Shown: piece after piece, positions 24,402 through 38,352 of the stretch
How the letters are laid out: every line of letters starts with the position of its first letter
Position numbering within the stretch: the stretch's first letter is position 1
Source: Ginglymostoma cirratum
Lineage: Eukaryota
Direction: 5' to 3'
Length of the DNA: 64,000 bases
Assembly: GCA_024137785.1 (NCBI GenBank)
Contig: JAHRHZ010000061.1
Span: 1,762,066 to 1,826,065, forward strand
The notes under the pieces: generated by a model
The model's database searches: none
Told to the model about the DNA's origin: nothing
What the model saw: only the letters and a program-made list of their open reading frames with translations
Translations under genes and position numbers: made by a program

Positions 24402-25252
24402 GTATGCCTTTTGGTTTATCACTTATTGATGATCGTATCTTCTGCTTTAGCATTTATTTATTGTTTGAACAGAAACATTGAATTGTGCAAGTATGCTTGA
24501 AATGGCTGATCTCATCAGGGCTATAATGTAATTAGCCTGATTTATGAGGTAGTTGGCCTGCTCGCCTCAGTATGTTTTCTGATTGTGGTTGCTTTATACA
24601 ATTGATACCTTTATTACTTTGCTTCCTGGTTTTAGAAATTTGTATGATTTTATTGAGAACTTAAAAGGATGGGAAATAGTAGGAAAAATTAGAAATAAAA
24701 TTCTATCTTAAAATGCTTAAAATGCTATCTTAAGGGTATGTAATTTATGTTTGAATTGTGCTTTCTATTGTGTGGATTTAACTTTCTTTAAAATTTAAGC
24801 AGATCGCATAAGTTTATAACTTACAAAGTGTTGTCCTTTACCCTGTTTGACATTTCCTCCTCCAAGTTGAGTGCAAACACAAACTTAAAAAGTTACATTG
24901 CAACTGATGCAAGCCAGTTCTTGAAGAAGGGATTCTTAGAAGAGATCACAATTCAATTCATCATTATACAAATGTAAAAAAAAAAGCCAGCTGTATAATA
25001 TGTACTCATTTACTGATGTGTACGTTGGCATGCGATTTATGTATAAATCACAGTGCACGTTTTTGTAAACGTTACCCAGAGAAGTCAAGTTTTGAAGGAT
25101 TAGGATTTTATTACAGGTTTTGTTGACGTAACTGGAGTGGTTTTTTTGAAGTAAGTCGTTGAAAGTTCATTGTGGAGCTTTTTAAACAAGACTTCCTTGA
25201 AATTACACTGCTGGTGATAACTGCCTCCTTGGCTGTAAATCCTGCTGGAGCT

Positions 25253-25790
25253 ATATTGAATTGGTTTGATTTAATATTGTCACATGTACTAAGATATAGT
25301 GAAAAGTATTGTTTTGTGTGCTAACCAGACATACCCTACATATGTACATCAATGCAATAGAACAGAATGCAGAATACAGTGCTACAGCTATAGAGAAGGT
25401 CCAGAGAAAGATCAACTCCACGTAAATGAGAGGTCCATTCATAAGTCTAATGAGAACAGGGAAGAAGCTGTTCTTAAATCTGTTGGCATGTGTTTTCAAA
25501 CTTTTGTATCTTTTGCCCAATGGAAGAGGGTGGATGAGAGTATAACTGGGGTGGAAAGGGTCTTTGATTATGTTGGCTGCTTTCCTGAGGCTGCAGGAAG
25601 TGTAGATGGAGTCAGTGGAAAGAAGGTTAGTTTTTGTGATGAACTGGGCTATTTTCTCAACTTTCTGTAATTTCTTGCAGTCTTGGGCAGAGCAGTTGCC
25701 ATACAAAGCTGTGATGTATCCAAATAGGATGCTTTCTATGGTGCATCTATAAAATTGGTAAGAGTCGTTGTGGACGTGCTGAATTTCCTT
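25253..25790 (-). mobile_element. Rex1/Babar-clade LINE 3' fragment
   Basis: FYRCTIESILFGYITALYGNCSAQDCKKLQKV...IIKDPFHP...RFKNSFFP. Confidence 0.88.
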
Positions 25791-28700
25791 ATCCTTAATC
25801 TCCCGATTACTGCCTGAGCCACATGCCAATTGGCATAGGGATAAGAAAGTTAGGGAAGTAAACATGTGGCTAAGGGATTGGTGTGGGAAAGAGGGATTCC
25901 ATTTCATGGGGCATTGGCATCAGTTTTGGAACTGGGGGGATCTGTACTGTTGGGATGGTCTCCACCTGAACCGATCTGGAACCAGTGTTCTAGCGAAAAG
26001 AATAAATAAGGTGGTCAGTAGGACTTTAAACTTCTGAGTCGGGGGGAAGGGAAAGCGACAGCGTGTATGGAGTAAAATGGAAAGATAAGTAGCAGGATAG
26101 CATGTGAGCGGGTGGGTTTAAGCTCGAGGCAGACTAGGAATGCAGCAAAAAGGAAGGATAACTTAGGACATCTTATGATTTCCAATATCTCTAATAATGA
26201 TAAGAAAGTTAGTATTAAGGCACTTTACCTAAATGCTCGTAGTATTCGTAACAAAGTAGATGAATTAATGGCACAAATCATCTTGAATGAATATGATGTG
26301 GTAGGCATCACAGAGACGTGGTTGCAGGGAGTTCAGGACTGGCAGTTAAACATCCAAGGATTTACAATTTATCGAAAAGACAGGGAGGTGGGCAGAGGGG
26401 GTGGGGTTGCCTTGTTAGTTAAGAATGAAATTAAATCAATAGCACTGAATGACATAGGGTCAGATGATGTGGAGTCTGTGTGGGTGGAGTTGAGGAACCA
26501 CAAGGGCAAAAAAACCATAATGGGAGTTATGTACAGACCTCCTAACAGTGGTCAGGACCAGGGGTACAAGATGCACCGGGAAATAGATAGGGCATTTCAG
26601 AAAGGCAAGGTCACGGTGATCATGGGGGACTTCAATATGCAGGTGGACTGGGTGAATAATATTGCCGGTGGATCCAAAGAAAGGGAATTCATGGAATGCC
26701 TACAGGATGGCTTTTTGGAACAGCTTGTGATGGAGCCCACAAGGGAGCAGGCTATTCTGGACTTAGTGCTATGTAATGAGCCAGACTTTATAAAAGACCT
26801 TAAAGTAAGAGAACACTTAGGAGGCAGCGATCATCATATGGTAGAGTTCAGTCTGCGGTTTGAAAGAGAGAAGGCAAAATCGGATGTAATGGTGTTACAG
26901 TTAAATAAAGGTAATTACAGGGGCATGAGAGAGGAACTGACGAAAATCGACTGGAAGCAGAGCCTAGCAGGGAAGACAGTAGAGCAACAGTGGCAGGAGT
27001 TTCTGGGTGTAATTGAGGACACAATACAGAGGTTCATCCCAAAGAAAAGAAAGATTATCCGTGGGAGGATTAGACAGCCATGGCTGACAAAGGAAGTCAA
27101 GAAATATATCAAAGAAAAAGAGACAGCCTATATAGTGGCCAAGAGCACTGGGAAATCAGAAGATTGGGAAGGGTATAAGAACAAACCGAGGATAACAAAG
27201 AGAGAAATAAGGAAGGAGAGGATCAAATATATGAAGGTAGGCTAGCCAGTAATATTAGAAATGATAGTAAAAGTTTCTTTCAATACATAAGAAATAAACG
27301 AGAGGCAAAAGTAGACATTGGGCTGCTCCAAATTGATGCTGGAAGGCCAGTGATGGGAGATAAGGAAATAGCTGAAGAACTTAAGTATTTTGCGTCAGTC
27401 TTCACAGTGGAAGACATGAGTAATATCCCAACAATTAAGGAGAGTCGGGGGGCAGAGTTGAGTATGGTAGGCATTAGAAAAGAGAGAGTGCTAGAAAAGC
27501 TAAAAGGTCTAAAAATTGATAAATCTCCTGGCCCCGATGGGCTACATCCTTGAGTTCTGAGGGAGGTGGCTGAGGAAATAGCGAAGGCGTTGGTTGTGAT
27601 CTTTCAAAAGTCACTGGAGTCAGGGGAAGTCCCAGATGATTGGAAAATCGCTGTTGTAACCCCCTTGTTTAAGAAAGGATCAAGACAAAAGATGGAAAAT
27701 TATAGGCTGATCAGCCTTACCTCAGTTGTTGGTAAAATTCTAGAATCTATCGTTAAGGATGAGATTTCTAAATTCTTGGAAGTGCAGGGTCGGATTAGAA
27801 CAAGTCAGCATGGATTTAGTAAGGGGAGGTCATGTCTGACAAACCTGTTAGAATTCTTTGAAGAGGTAACAAGTAGGTTAGACAAGGGAAACCCGGTGGA
27901 TGTTATCTATGTAGACTTCCAAAAGGCCTTTGATAAGGTGCCTCACGGAAGGCTGCTGAGTAAGGTGAGGGCCCATGTGTTCGAGGTGAGTTACTGGCAT
28001 GGATTGAGGATTGGCTGTCTGACAGAAGGCAGAGAGTTGGGATAAAAGGCTCTTTTTCGGAATGGCAACCGGTGACAAGTGGTGTCCCGCAGGGTTCAGT
28101 GTTAGGGCCGCAGCTGTTCACTTTATATATTAACGATCTAGATGAAGGGACTGGGGGCATTCTGGCGAAGTTTGCCGATGGTACGAAATTCGGTGGGCAG
28201 GCAGGTAGTATGGAGGAGGTGGGGAGGGTGCAGAATGGTTTAGACAGTTTAGGAGAGTGGTCCAGGAAATGGCTGATGAAATTCAATGTGAACAAATGCG
28301 AGGTCTTGCAACTTGGAAAAAAGAATACAGGCATGGACTATTTTCTGAACGGTGAGAAAATTCATAAAGCCAAAGTACAAAGGGATCTGGGAGTGCTAGT
28401 ACAGGATTCTCTAAAGGTTAACTTGCAGGTTGAGTCTGTGATTAAGAAAGCAAATGGAATGTTGTCATTTATCTCAAGAGGGTTGGAATATAAAAGCAGT
28501 GATGTGCTTCTGAGACTTTCTAAAGCTCTAGTTAGGCCCCATTTAGAATACTGTGTCCAATTTTGGGCCCCACACCTCAGGAAGGACATACTGGCACTGG
28601 AGCGTGTCCAGCAGAGATTCACACGGATGATCACTGGAATGGTAGGCCTAACATACGATGAACGGCTGAGGATCCTGGGATTGTATTCATTAGAGTTTAG

Positions 28701-29090
28701 AAGGTTGAGGGGAGATCTAGTAGAAACTTACAAGATAATGCATGGCTTAGAAAGGGTGGACGCTGGGAAGTTGTTTCCGTTAGGTGGGGATACTAGGACC
28801 CGTGGGCACAGCCTTAGAATTAGAGGGGGTCAATTTAGAACGGAAATGAGGAGACATTTCTTCACCAGAGAGTGGTGGGCCTGTGGAATTCCTTGCCACG
28901 GAGCGCAGTGGAGGCAGGGACGTTGAATGTCTTCAAGGCAGAGATTGATAAATTCTTGATCTTGCAAGGAATCAAGGGCTACGGGGAGAGTGCAGGTAAG
29001 TGGAGTTGAAATGCCCATCAGCCATGATTAAATGGCGGAGTGGACTCGATGGGCCGAATGGCCTTACTTCCACCCCTATGTCTTATGGTC
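25791..29090 (+). mobile_element. Young near-complete CR1 LINE: ORF1 esterase end, ORF2 APE endonuclease and RT
   Basis: ORF1 WDGLHLN (SGNH-like); EN motifs YLNARSIRNK, GITETWL, MGDFN, SDHH; RT motifs [27 protein letters not shown]. Roughly three frameshifts and one stop (TGA at 27551). Tail tatgtcttatggtctt. Confidence 0.96.
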
Positions 29091-29114
29091 TTCTGGAAGT
29101 AAAGGCATTTTTAA

Positions 29115-29728
29115 CAGTGACTGACTTGGAAAGATTCTTGTTTTATTGGTTCATTGGAACATCTGCTAACAACATCCTGCCTTGCTTTACATTAGTTCAG
29201 GTTGAAACCTATTCGTTCTTTTGAATGGGTGATTGAAAGAGCATCTTGTGTTTGTCCCTCTTGCAGAGGCTGTCTCTGTACGCATTTAGAGAATCATGCA
29301 TGATTAGTTATTTGACAATGTGTACCAGGCCCTCAGAACCACAGACTATGCAACATCCTACACTTTATCCTTTTGCCTTCAAGAATAGCCATTGGCCAGG
29401 GTTTTTTTTCTTTACAATACCAATCTGTGAAGAAATTTTCTTCTTTCAGTCTTTTCCTGAAGAGGATATGTGTGTTTTGAGGTTATATACAGGGATAAAC
29501 ATTTATACTTTTGTATTACTGATTGCATGTTTATTGAATAAGTTTTTTGTTTTGATAATAAACCCATAATTTTGTTTATTAAGAAACCAAGTTGATGTGT
29601 CTTTTAGTTTAATACCTGGTAAGATATTTATCATGTTGATAACTAGGAAAAGTATTCTTATTTTATGTTGCAACTGTCATAGAGAAGTGGGACTGAAGTA
29701 ACAGTGCACTCCAGTCTCAGTCATAACA
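29115..29728 (+). mobile_element. 3' portion of an LTR-like element (5' portion probably ~25070..25250)
   Basis: AATAAA near 29557 and terminal cataaca. Confidence 0.45.
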
Positions 29729-29876
29729 ACATATTCGTGTATCTTCTAGCTTCTTGATACTATTTTCTTTTAATGCAACAAATAATCAGTTAAGGACAGG
29801 AATGCAGAATGATTCTCATTAGATCACACCTCTGCAACTACTCTTTGCCCTTAAGGATAAAACTAATTGTGAGTCC

Positions 29877-30034
29877 AGAGATAGGGACTGCAGATGCTGG
29901 AGAATCTGAGATAACAAGGTGTAGAGCTGGATGAACACAGCAGGCCAAGCAGCATCATAGGAGCAGGAAAGCTTGACGTTTAGGTCTAGGCCCGAAACAT
30001 CAAGCTTTCCTGCTCCTATGATGATGCTTGGCCT
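29877..30034. mobile_element. Fold-back mini-Penelope insert
   Basis: Head-to-head pLTR arms joined within the hammerhead region; degenerate TSD taattgtgagtcc / tacttgtgagtct. Confidence 0.85.
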
Positions 30035-30606
30035 ACTTGTGAGTCTAACCAATTTAGCACATCGGCAAGTCTGAGTGGCAATGCACATAGTTGCATGATT
30101 CAATGCTAGCTTAAATAATTCTGACTAATGTCCAAGAGCAGCTGTTCTTATTTATTCATGAGATGTGGCATTTGATGCCCATCCCTAGTTGCCCTTGAGA
30201 AGGTGGTGATGAGCTGCTGCCTTGAATTGCTGTAGTCCATTTGATGTAGCTAGATAGACTCTTAATGTTGCTTGTTCATGGAGAGACTGACTGGACCAGG
30301 GGGTGGAATAGTATTGGGACGAATATTGAATTAAGAAACGAGTTAACATGAAGGTATAGCTTTAGAAAAGAAGACACCAGTAAAGAGCAGTTCAAGTACA
30401 AGGTTCCATTTAATCATTTCTTCAGTTTGCATCCTGATGGACTGGAAAAGCTCAAGCACCAGGTTAATTCACCACCTTGTTACAGGTGAAACTGCTTCAC
30501 AGCGGGAGAAGGGCATCGAATACAAAAGAGAAAAATTAATTGTAATATTTTCACTTTGCATATTAATCTCAAGCCACTAAATTATTTTTTCTATAATGAT
30601 TGGCAG

Positions 30607-30746
30607 GTTTGGAACAAAAGCTCCAGGCACAACAAGAAAAAACAAAGCTATCAGAGAAGGAAAAAGAGAACCTAGAAGAAGCTATTGACGTTCTCCAAAA
30701 GGAGCTTAGCAAAACGGAAATAGCCAGGAAAGAGCTCAGTATTAAG
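30607..30746 (+). CDS. CIP2A: CIP2A exon (LEQKLQAQQEKTK...IARKELSIK)
   Basis: ggcag/gtaaat boundaries, phase 1-0. Matches human [24 protein letters not shown]. Confidence 0.96.
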
Positions 30747-31519
30747 GTAAATGATGTCTTTAGAATAGTTATTCAGTCTGCCTTTCAGAAGATTAGAGAA
30801 TTGCATGTAATGATCATGATAACTAGTTTGGAGTTACACAGAGACATTGCATTACTCTGAGAGTACAGAGTTATTACAATGATGTCTAGCTATTTGATAG
30901 TGAAAGTAAACTTCTGATTACAGGAGATGCAAATCCATTTGGAGGAGAGACCAGTATATCGGATTTTAAACCAAGAGAATATCAAGCTATTTTATTGCCT
31001 TGTATCTAAAATCTAACTGGGGATGTAAAATGGCTGCTTTGAACAGCAGTATACCCAAAAAGAGGAGAATGTTTCCTAACCACTGCCTTGAACACAGCCA
31101 GGATAATTTGATAAGTTCTGTCTCAATTTTTTTGGATAGCTGTCCCTTTCCAAGTTTGAGCTCATGCCCTAATTCTGTGTAAATTAGCATTCAGACTTAA
31201 GAACCTTAATAATGCTTGATGATGCAATTGAGAAATCCTTTAATATGATGCGTCCTTCTGAATTTGGATTATAAAAAAATACTGTGTGACTTGAGAAATG
31301 GCAGATGATGCTGTTTGCATGCCCTTGTACTTCTACTTGGTGGAGTTTGCAGGTTTGGAAGGTGATAGCAACTCCCCTGGGCTCCTTTGCTACAGTGCAT
31401 GCTTAAATGGTATACACTGCTGTCATTATGCATCTATGATTGAGGGAATGGATATTGAAGTTTGTGTTTAGGCTGCCAGTCAAGAAGGTTACTTTGTCTA
31501 AGATGGTCTTGAGCTTCTT

Positions 31520-31850
31520 CATAGAATCTCTACAGTGTGGAAGCAAGCCATTTGGCCCATCGAATCCACACCGACCCTCTGAAGAGAATCCCATCCAGAA
31601 CCACCCCGAACCTTATCCCTGAATTTCTCATGGCTAATTGACTTAGCCTGCACACTATGGGCAATTTAGCATGGCCAATCCACCTGCACATCTTTGGACT
31701 GTGGGAGGAAACTGGAGCACCTGGAAGAAACCCACACAGACAGGGGAAATGTGCAAACTCCACACAGACAGTCACCTTAGGTATAGAATTGAACCCAGAT
31801 CCCTGGCATTGTGAGGCAGCAGTGCTAACCACAGAGCCATTCTGTTGCCA
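31520..31850 (-). mobile_element. HE1-like V-SINE
   Basis: tRNA head gtggttagcactgctgcctcaca, V-domain tgtgtggagtttgcacatt...ttcctcccacagtccaaag, CR1-like tail. Confidence 0.88.
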
Positions 31851-32254
31851 CACTGTCGAGAGTTGATTCCATTACCCTCCTGACTTGTGCTTTATAGGTG
31901 GCAAATAGGCTTTGGGAACCAAGAAGTTAGTTGCTTCCTACAAAATGAACTAATCACTCACATAAGAAGAGTCATATTCAACTCAAAAGATAACTCTGTT
32001 TCTCCCACCACAGATGCTGCCAGCCCTGCTGAGTTATTCGAATGCTTTCTGTTTAAATTACACCAGAAATTTTATTTTTAATTGACAGCGAAATTGATTT
32101 AACTTAATTACTATTTAGCTTTCTGAAAAAATACATTTTTAACATTTTGCACGTAGTCAGGTGTTTGCCATTGAACATACTTTTAAACCAAAACTCTGCA
32201 AGATATTGCGCAATGTATCATTCTGTTTTCAGTTTGTAGTAATGTTCATAATGT

Positions 32255-32810
32255 CATCCAGCCTACACTTAGCAGAACATCTACGTTCTGCTCGCAAAAA
32301 AGACCCTGAACTACTTGTTGCCTGCCACTTTAACGCACCATCCTGTTCCCTGGCCAACATCTCTGCCTCTGGCTTGCTGCAGTGTTCCAACAAAGCTCAA
32401 CGCAAGCTGGAAGAACAGCATTTTCCCCTTGGGGATCCTGCATCAATAGTTTTAGCGCCTAAACTCTCCCATGTCCCAGCCCCCTACTCCACACACCAGG
32501 TGTTGTTACCACATAGCCTGCCATTACACACCACCTATTGTTAGTCACCAATAGTCCCCATTAACAACTATTCACCCTCCCAGCCTGATCATGATCAACT
32601 CTTCGTCCAACTGCTCTTCTGTCTGTTTAGGCTCTATCCTATCGTTTACTCCCTACCCCATCCCCCTCCCTTTTTTCTGCACATAAACTGACGTTTTCCC
32701 AGCCACCATCAGTTCTGAGGAAGGGTCACCGGACCCGAAACATTAACTCTGTCTTTTCTTTCACAGATGCTGCCAGACCTGCTGAGCTTTTCCACCAACT
32801 TTGTTTCTGA
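32255..32810 (+). mobile_element. Penelope-like element 3' end: endonuclease C-terminal remnant plus pLTR with hammerhead
   Basis: LAEHLRSARKKDPELLVACHFN...RKLEEQH, then agtt-CTGAGGA-A-GGGTC-accg-GACCC-GAAA-catt-aact at ~32711..32748. Confidence 0.85.
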
Positions 32811-32929
32811 AGCTCATGACTGATTTGAATACATTTATTGGTTTGGGATTTCTGCTGGGTTACATCGTTTTCTTTCCCCAGTGCAATTGATCAAACAATG
32901 CAAAAGACCAGGGAATTTCAAATGCATTT

Positions 32930-33530
32930 GCCAAGGCATAGATTTTTAGAGCAGGGAAGTGATATGGGAACTATATAAAATGTTGGTTAGGCCACAGCTA
33001 GAATATTGTGTGCAGTTCTGGGATCTGCATTATTCGGGGGATATGATTGCATTGGAGCGGGTGAAGAGAAGATTAACCAGGATGTTGCCTGGGTTGGAGA
33101 GTTTTAGCTGTGAAAAGTAATTGGACAGATTGGGCTTGTTTTCCTTGGAGCAGAGGGGACTGCGGGGTGACATGATTGAGATGTATAAGATTGGAGGCAT
33201 GGACAGAGTAAACGGGAAGAAACATTTCATCTTGGTGGAGGGATCGATGAATGAGGGAATATATTTAAGGTAAAGGGCAGGAGGTTTAGAAGAGATGTAA
33301 GAAAATGTCTTTTTTTCCACAGCAAAGGTGTTGGGAATCTGGAATTCACTGCCTGTAAGAGTGGTAGAAGTAGTGACTCTCATAACATTTGAGCAATATT
33401 TAGACGTATACTTGCAATGACAAGGCATACAAGGAAGGCTATGGCCAAGTGCTCAAAAATGATATTAGTATAATCAGGTGCTTGTTTTTGATGGATGCAG
33501 ACTAATGGCATGCTGTAGAACTTTACGACA
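32930..33530 (+). mobile_element. CR1 LINE 3' fragment
   Basis: LVRPQLEYCVQFW, TRMLPGLESFS motifs. Confidence 0.85.
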
Positions 33531-34353
33531 ATGACTTGAATTCAAATGCATATCTAGTTTCCAAGGTGTTTTGTTGGCAAAACTGTCTGTGTGGCAGATA
33601 AAACTAATCATTATTGATGGTTTCTGTCCATTTCTCCTCTTGTGGCCCTTAGGGCAGACTCTTAAAATTAATTTTTTATTTCTACATTTGTTTACGAGGC
33701 TGGTCATAGCTTTCAAATAACTAGGAAACAGACTAATGTATGCCAGTGAAACTAGTGAATAATCTTTTATTTGTTTTATTTGTAGTCATAACTGTTGAAC
33801 CAGATTCTGTTTAAAGATATTTCTGTGATAAACCCATTTTCAGCTGCGATAATAAAACTACAAGAGGTTACTACTTAAAAAATAGCTCCTTGACCTATTT
33901 CTTTAAAAAAAATTTCCAAAGCATTGTCTGGTAGTGTTGGTTCACAGCAGATTTTGCATTTGGTGACATGTAAATGAACGTGAATGGAAACTTAAGTGAA
34001 TGAAAATTGCTTCTGAAAGCTAGTGTAATTTTGAACTCAGTTGGCACTGGGGATGCTGATGTGCCCAAAGCCAAAAATCTAAACAAGGCACTTGATGAAA
34101 GTATTAAAATTGTTCAGTTTCATGGAATTGAATGCAATAGTTTGATCTAAGAGCACTTTTGAATTTCATAATTTCTATTTATTTGAAACTATTTTCTGGC
34201 ATCATGTGTCATTTTTCTCTCCAGCCCCTTGTGTGAGGAAATCATTTTGTTCTGGAGCAAACGTTTACATGTTAGTTTTGCTTTACGCTAATAATCTGTG
34301 TTCTACAGAGCTGTCTATTATAATTAATGTTAACTTTGTGTCTTACCCTGCAG

Positions 34354-34524
34354 TTGTCATCCCTAGAAGTGCAGAAATCCCAAGTAGAAGCACAATTACA
34401 ACAAAAAGAAGCCCTTGTCCAAGCCCAACAGGACGAACTGAACAAGCACTCTCAAATGATAGCAATGATTCACAGTCTGAGTAGTAGCAAACTACAATCA
34501 AATACAGTAAATCTCAGTCTGTAA
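34354..34524 (+). CDS. CIP2A: CIP2A last coding exon ([15 protein letters not shown]...NTVNLSL*)
   Basis: ctgcag acceptor. Matches human ASSLEVQKAQLE...[15 protein letters not shown]...ETVNLSI. Confidence 0.97.
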   Translation: MSSLEVQKSQVEAQLQQKEALVQAQQDELNKHSQMIAMIHSLSSSKLQSNTVNLSL

Positions 34525-34643
34525 CCATGTTTGTGATTTTTAATTTTTAGAGAAATGGGTAATGATACCAATGTTTGCTTGTAGTCTTTGTATCGGATGC
34601 ATTAAGTATTCACCCTAAGGGACTAAAACTACGAATTACTTTT

Positions 34644-34649
34644 AATAAA
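34644..34649 (+). terminator. Candidate proximal poly(A) signal of CIP2A
   Basis: AATAAA 120 nt after the stop codon, followed by GT-rich sequence. Confidence 0.5.
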
Positions 34650-35500
34650 GAATTTGTAACCGTTAGTATTTAAGAAGGGTTTGCTTCAGATTTGAGTGTT
34701 TGAATTTGTTACTTTTTTGAATTGTACTGTTTTAAGCACAATTGCAAACAAGGACTTAGCAAACCAGGAAATTGCAGTCGTTAAGTATGATGTGATGATT
34801 CCGAGCTATACTTTTGTTTGACTGCATTATTAGTCTCAACATATTACCTACTCTGGCCATAATCTGACTAACTATGTAGGTGGTTTGGGCCAAGACGTGT
34901 TATTTGGTCAGTACTGTTCCTTTTGAGTAGATATGACTTCAGAATTGGAAATTAGTTGTTTCATATTTGAGCAACTTTGTGCCCCACTGAAATGCAGTCC
35001 AAGAATTCTCCAGTTATATTAGTATCAGACTTGATTTTGTTTTCAGTGTACTGTCGTAGGTTCTGATGCCAAATGCATCATTTCTATATCATTCCAGAAG
35101 GAATCCATTTTATCTTAAGGGTTAAAAATATCTTAATCGTGCTATTTAGCAGTTTATGCACAATGCAAATGAATGGAGATTTTATATGCTTTCCAATGTT
35201 TTTAGAAATGTCCCTGATCAAATTGGGAAAGCACTGCTTTGAATGTAAGAAAAATCAATGTGCTGATTTTGTATTTAAAATAACCAACATTATTCTACTG
35301 AAAATACAAGAACGATCGGAGTTGAACATTCCTATCACCTTGTTTAATTCCTGTTCACCTTTGTAATGAATTTTGGTACTGTCATGAACCTGTCATTTTT
35401 AGATGTACTGTTTCATTTTCAATTGGTTATGTACAGCCATAAATTGTTATATCTTTATTTTTCTTCCTTCTCCTCATAGAGAAACTAACATTTAAAAAAA

Positions 35501-35506
35501 AATAAA
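35501..35506 (+). terminator. Candidate distal poly(A) signal of CIP2A
   Basis: AATAAA at the end of a ~1 kb repeat-free AT-rich UTR-like tract. Confidence 0.5.
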
Positions 35507-36281
35507 ATGTACTTGAAATTAAATGCAATCTATCATTCATACCATGCTTAAATGCTTGAATTTTGTTTTCTTAGAAGACTGGTGTTTAAACTTTGAAATT
35601 TTTCCTTATCCGGGAAAAGCTGCAGTGTATTCTGATGCATTGTCATACAATTCATTTATTTATTTATTGACTGTGTTTCCTGAAATCCCAAGCTGTTCAT
35701 CCATTACTTCCACTCTCTCAATCCTATGCAATTTCACATCATTCCCTGAAGCACCATTCCATGGCTGAATGCATGCCATTGTAGTTGTTCAGCTATGATC
35801 TTTCCTCATTGTGGGAAATAAGAGTGGAAGAACCAGCGGTGGCTTTTAGGTTATTTCACACCTTAGAACTACAGAAGAGAGAAGACACTGGAGTTTGATA
35901 GTTTCGACTACGTGGCCATTGGAGTTAGGGAGATAAAGAATTCCCAGCTACTTGGTGACAGTTAAGTATAAAACCAGCCATATTTCATATGACACTTAGT
36001 CAGGTTCATTTCAAAGGCAAGTTTTTTTTTATGGATAACTTGTCTTTCCAATACTCATTCCTCCTTCTTATATCCCATAAAGTCTTCAGGCAAGCAGCAT
36101 GATTTCGTTTTGGCAGTCCCTGGATGTTTCTCCTCCAATAATCCAATAATCTAAGTTCTTTTCTTTTAAGGGTGTAGATTTTTTAAAAAATCAACATTCT
36201 GGCATGTTATGATCCATAGGCCTCTGGCCCAGAAGTAGGGATACTATTGGACCACAAGACCCTACTCTTTAAATGGTGTAT

Positions 36282-37830
36282 TGTCACAAAACTCATCAAA
36301 CTACCAGATCAGACACTTTGATATCAGTATGTACAGTTGGGTTTTCAAGTGGTGAATGGCACTTCACAAGTGAGTTTATTTAATTGAAATGTGATAGTTC
36401 AGGACTCTAATAATGTGCCTACTGGGCTAGAAGGCCCATATTCAAATTCATCCTGCTTCAGAGATGTTTCATAATACATCTGAAGTTGTTAAATATCAGA
36501 ATCCTGAGGGGTTTTGACAGGATGGATATGGAAATAATGTTTACTTATGGGAAAATCTAGAACTAGAGGCATTGTTTCAAAATGTTTTCTTTAAAAATAG
36601 TCACCGATTCAAGGCATAATCTTATTCTTAGAGTGTAGGGTTCTGGTTTTACAATCAGTTACTTTGTGATCTTTAAGCAGTTTGAATTGCTCCCAGACCC
36701 CTTTTACTTAGGGAATGTGAAATGGAAAGGCAGCAGACAGATGTTTCAGGCCAAATGAATCTGAAGGAAATATATATAGTACAAGAGAATAGGTGATGCA
36801 ATAAAATAATTAATTATACAAGATAGCAGTAGTACTTTTAAATACACTATCAACTAGATTAACATTGTTAGAGCACTATCCTACTGACAGATGCACAAAA
36901 CAACAATGTTTAAGTTCAGACTCTTTAATCAGAATTCCTATGCTTTAAGTCTCAATGCATTGTCATCACCTGCCTTTCCCTCCTTGCAAGCTAAGTTGGA
37001 ACTTTGGGGTCTCCGCCACTCAAACACGGTTTTGAAGTGTGTCTGGCTGTTCCAGCTTGCCATATCCAGAACCTGAATGAAAAGTATAGACTATGTAGGT
37101 TTTTCAGTTTGGGTTGAGTCTGCTGACCTGGTAAGGTGCATATTGAACCTTTCGAGTAAGTACCTGGTTTCGCAGGCCTGGTTGTCACTTCAGGTTGTGT
37201 CTGAGAACTTGCAGTGTTGGTTGAGTCAGTTGTTTCTCAGAGTTGTTGCACTTTAATTCTGCTGGTCGTGGTCGGTTGCTGTGGTTCTTGCTCTCAGTTC
37301 TCTTGGTTCAGAACAGGCCGTGTCTGGTAGCTCTTGTTCGGATAGTTGTTGCAGATGAGATCGGGGCTGGCAATTATACTGATTGTGGGCCCCTTATTTC
37401 TGCACCAAATCTGTGATTTTTATTGTACTGTGGTATTTCCTTCTGAAGTTATTTGGCTGATCGTTAGAGTATGCATGAATGGATTTTGATTGAGGTTGCA
37501 TGTCTGGTATCTCTGCAGGCCTGATGTATAAAAGCTGTCTTGGGCTGGAGTCTGTTGTTTTTGGTTGATTGTCCTTTTTAGAGTGGAGGTGTAAATTGGA
37601 ATTCCAGGCTAAACAATAGTTCCAGACAGCAATCTCCAAGAGGTGGGTTGTGTTAATGTATTTCCCACAGAACTCAGTCCAGCTGTCCCTTCTAAAAGTT
37701 TTGAAAAGTCCAGGGTTTTGTCCTGTATTTGAAATATTGGGGATTTTTGCTCGATCCTACGTGAGTGGGAGGGTCTTTGACACTGTCTTCCTCAAATGCC
37801 AGTGGGAATAGAACCTTTGGCTATTTTTTA
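36282..37830 (-). mobile_element. Possible old LTR retroelement remnant
   Basis: Minus-strand purine tract ggagggaaaggcagg followed by TG at ~36967, ending tgtgaca at 36282, with an internal AATAAA. No recognisable ORF. Confidence 0.35.
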
Positions 37831-38234
37831 AAAGCAAAGGGCAGTAGACTGTTGATAGTCAATTGGGTGAAGAGATATCCAGGATAGATGGAATGTGGAA
37901 TAATCGGATTAGCCATGATTTGAATGGTAAAGTGGACTCCAGGAGCCAAGTGGCCACTTCTGCTAATTACTTTGTTTTTACGAAGATGGTGATGGCACAG
38001 ATACCATTGGGTGGTTTGTGTGAGAAGGTGCAGCCATTTCAAGTTGTGCTCAGTTAGACATGATTGCTACGCTCCACAGATTATTATAAAAGAATTCCGT
38101 TGGGGACAGCAGCAGCAAATAATGTGATGCACTGACAAAGTTCTAATTCTCCTCACCACAAATACACAATGAATGGAGTGGATGACCTTGAGCAGGACCA
38201 GAAGTTGATTTGGGCCATTTAGATGATATGCCTT

Positions 38235-38352
38235 GATAACAAGCATGGGGCTGGATGAACACAGCAGGTCAAGCTTGACCTGCTGTGTTCATCCAGCCCC
38301 ATGCTTGTTATCTCGGATTCTCCAGCATCTGCAGTACCTTTTATCTCTATCA
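38235..38352. mobile_element. Fold-back mini-Penelope insert containing a perfect 78-bp palindrome
   Basis: Palindrome 38235..38312; 15-bp TSD tagatgatatgcctt at 38220..38234 and 38353..38367. Confidence 0.92.

Noticed and set aside
25251-25907. 218-aa ORF as a host gene
   Set aside because: It is a chance fusion of antisense CR1 and a Rex1 fragment.
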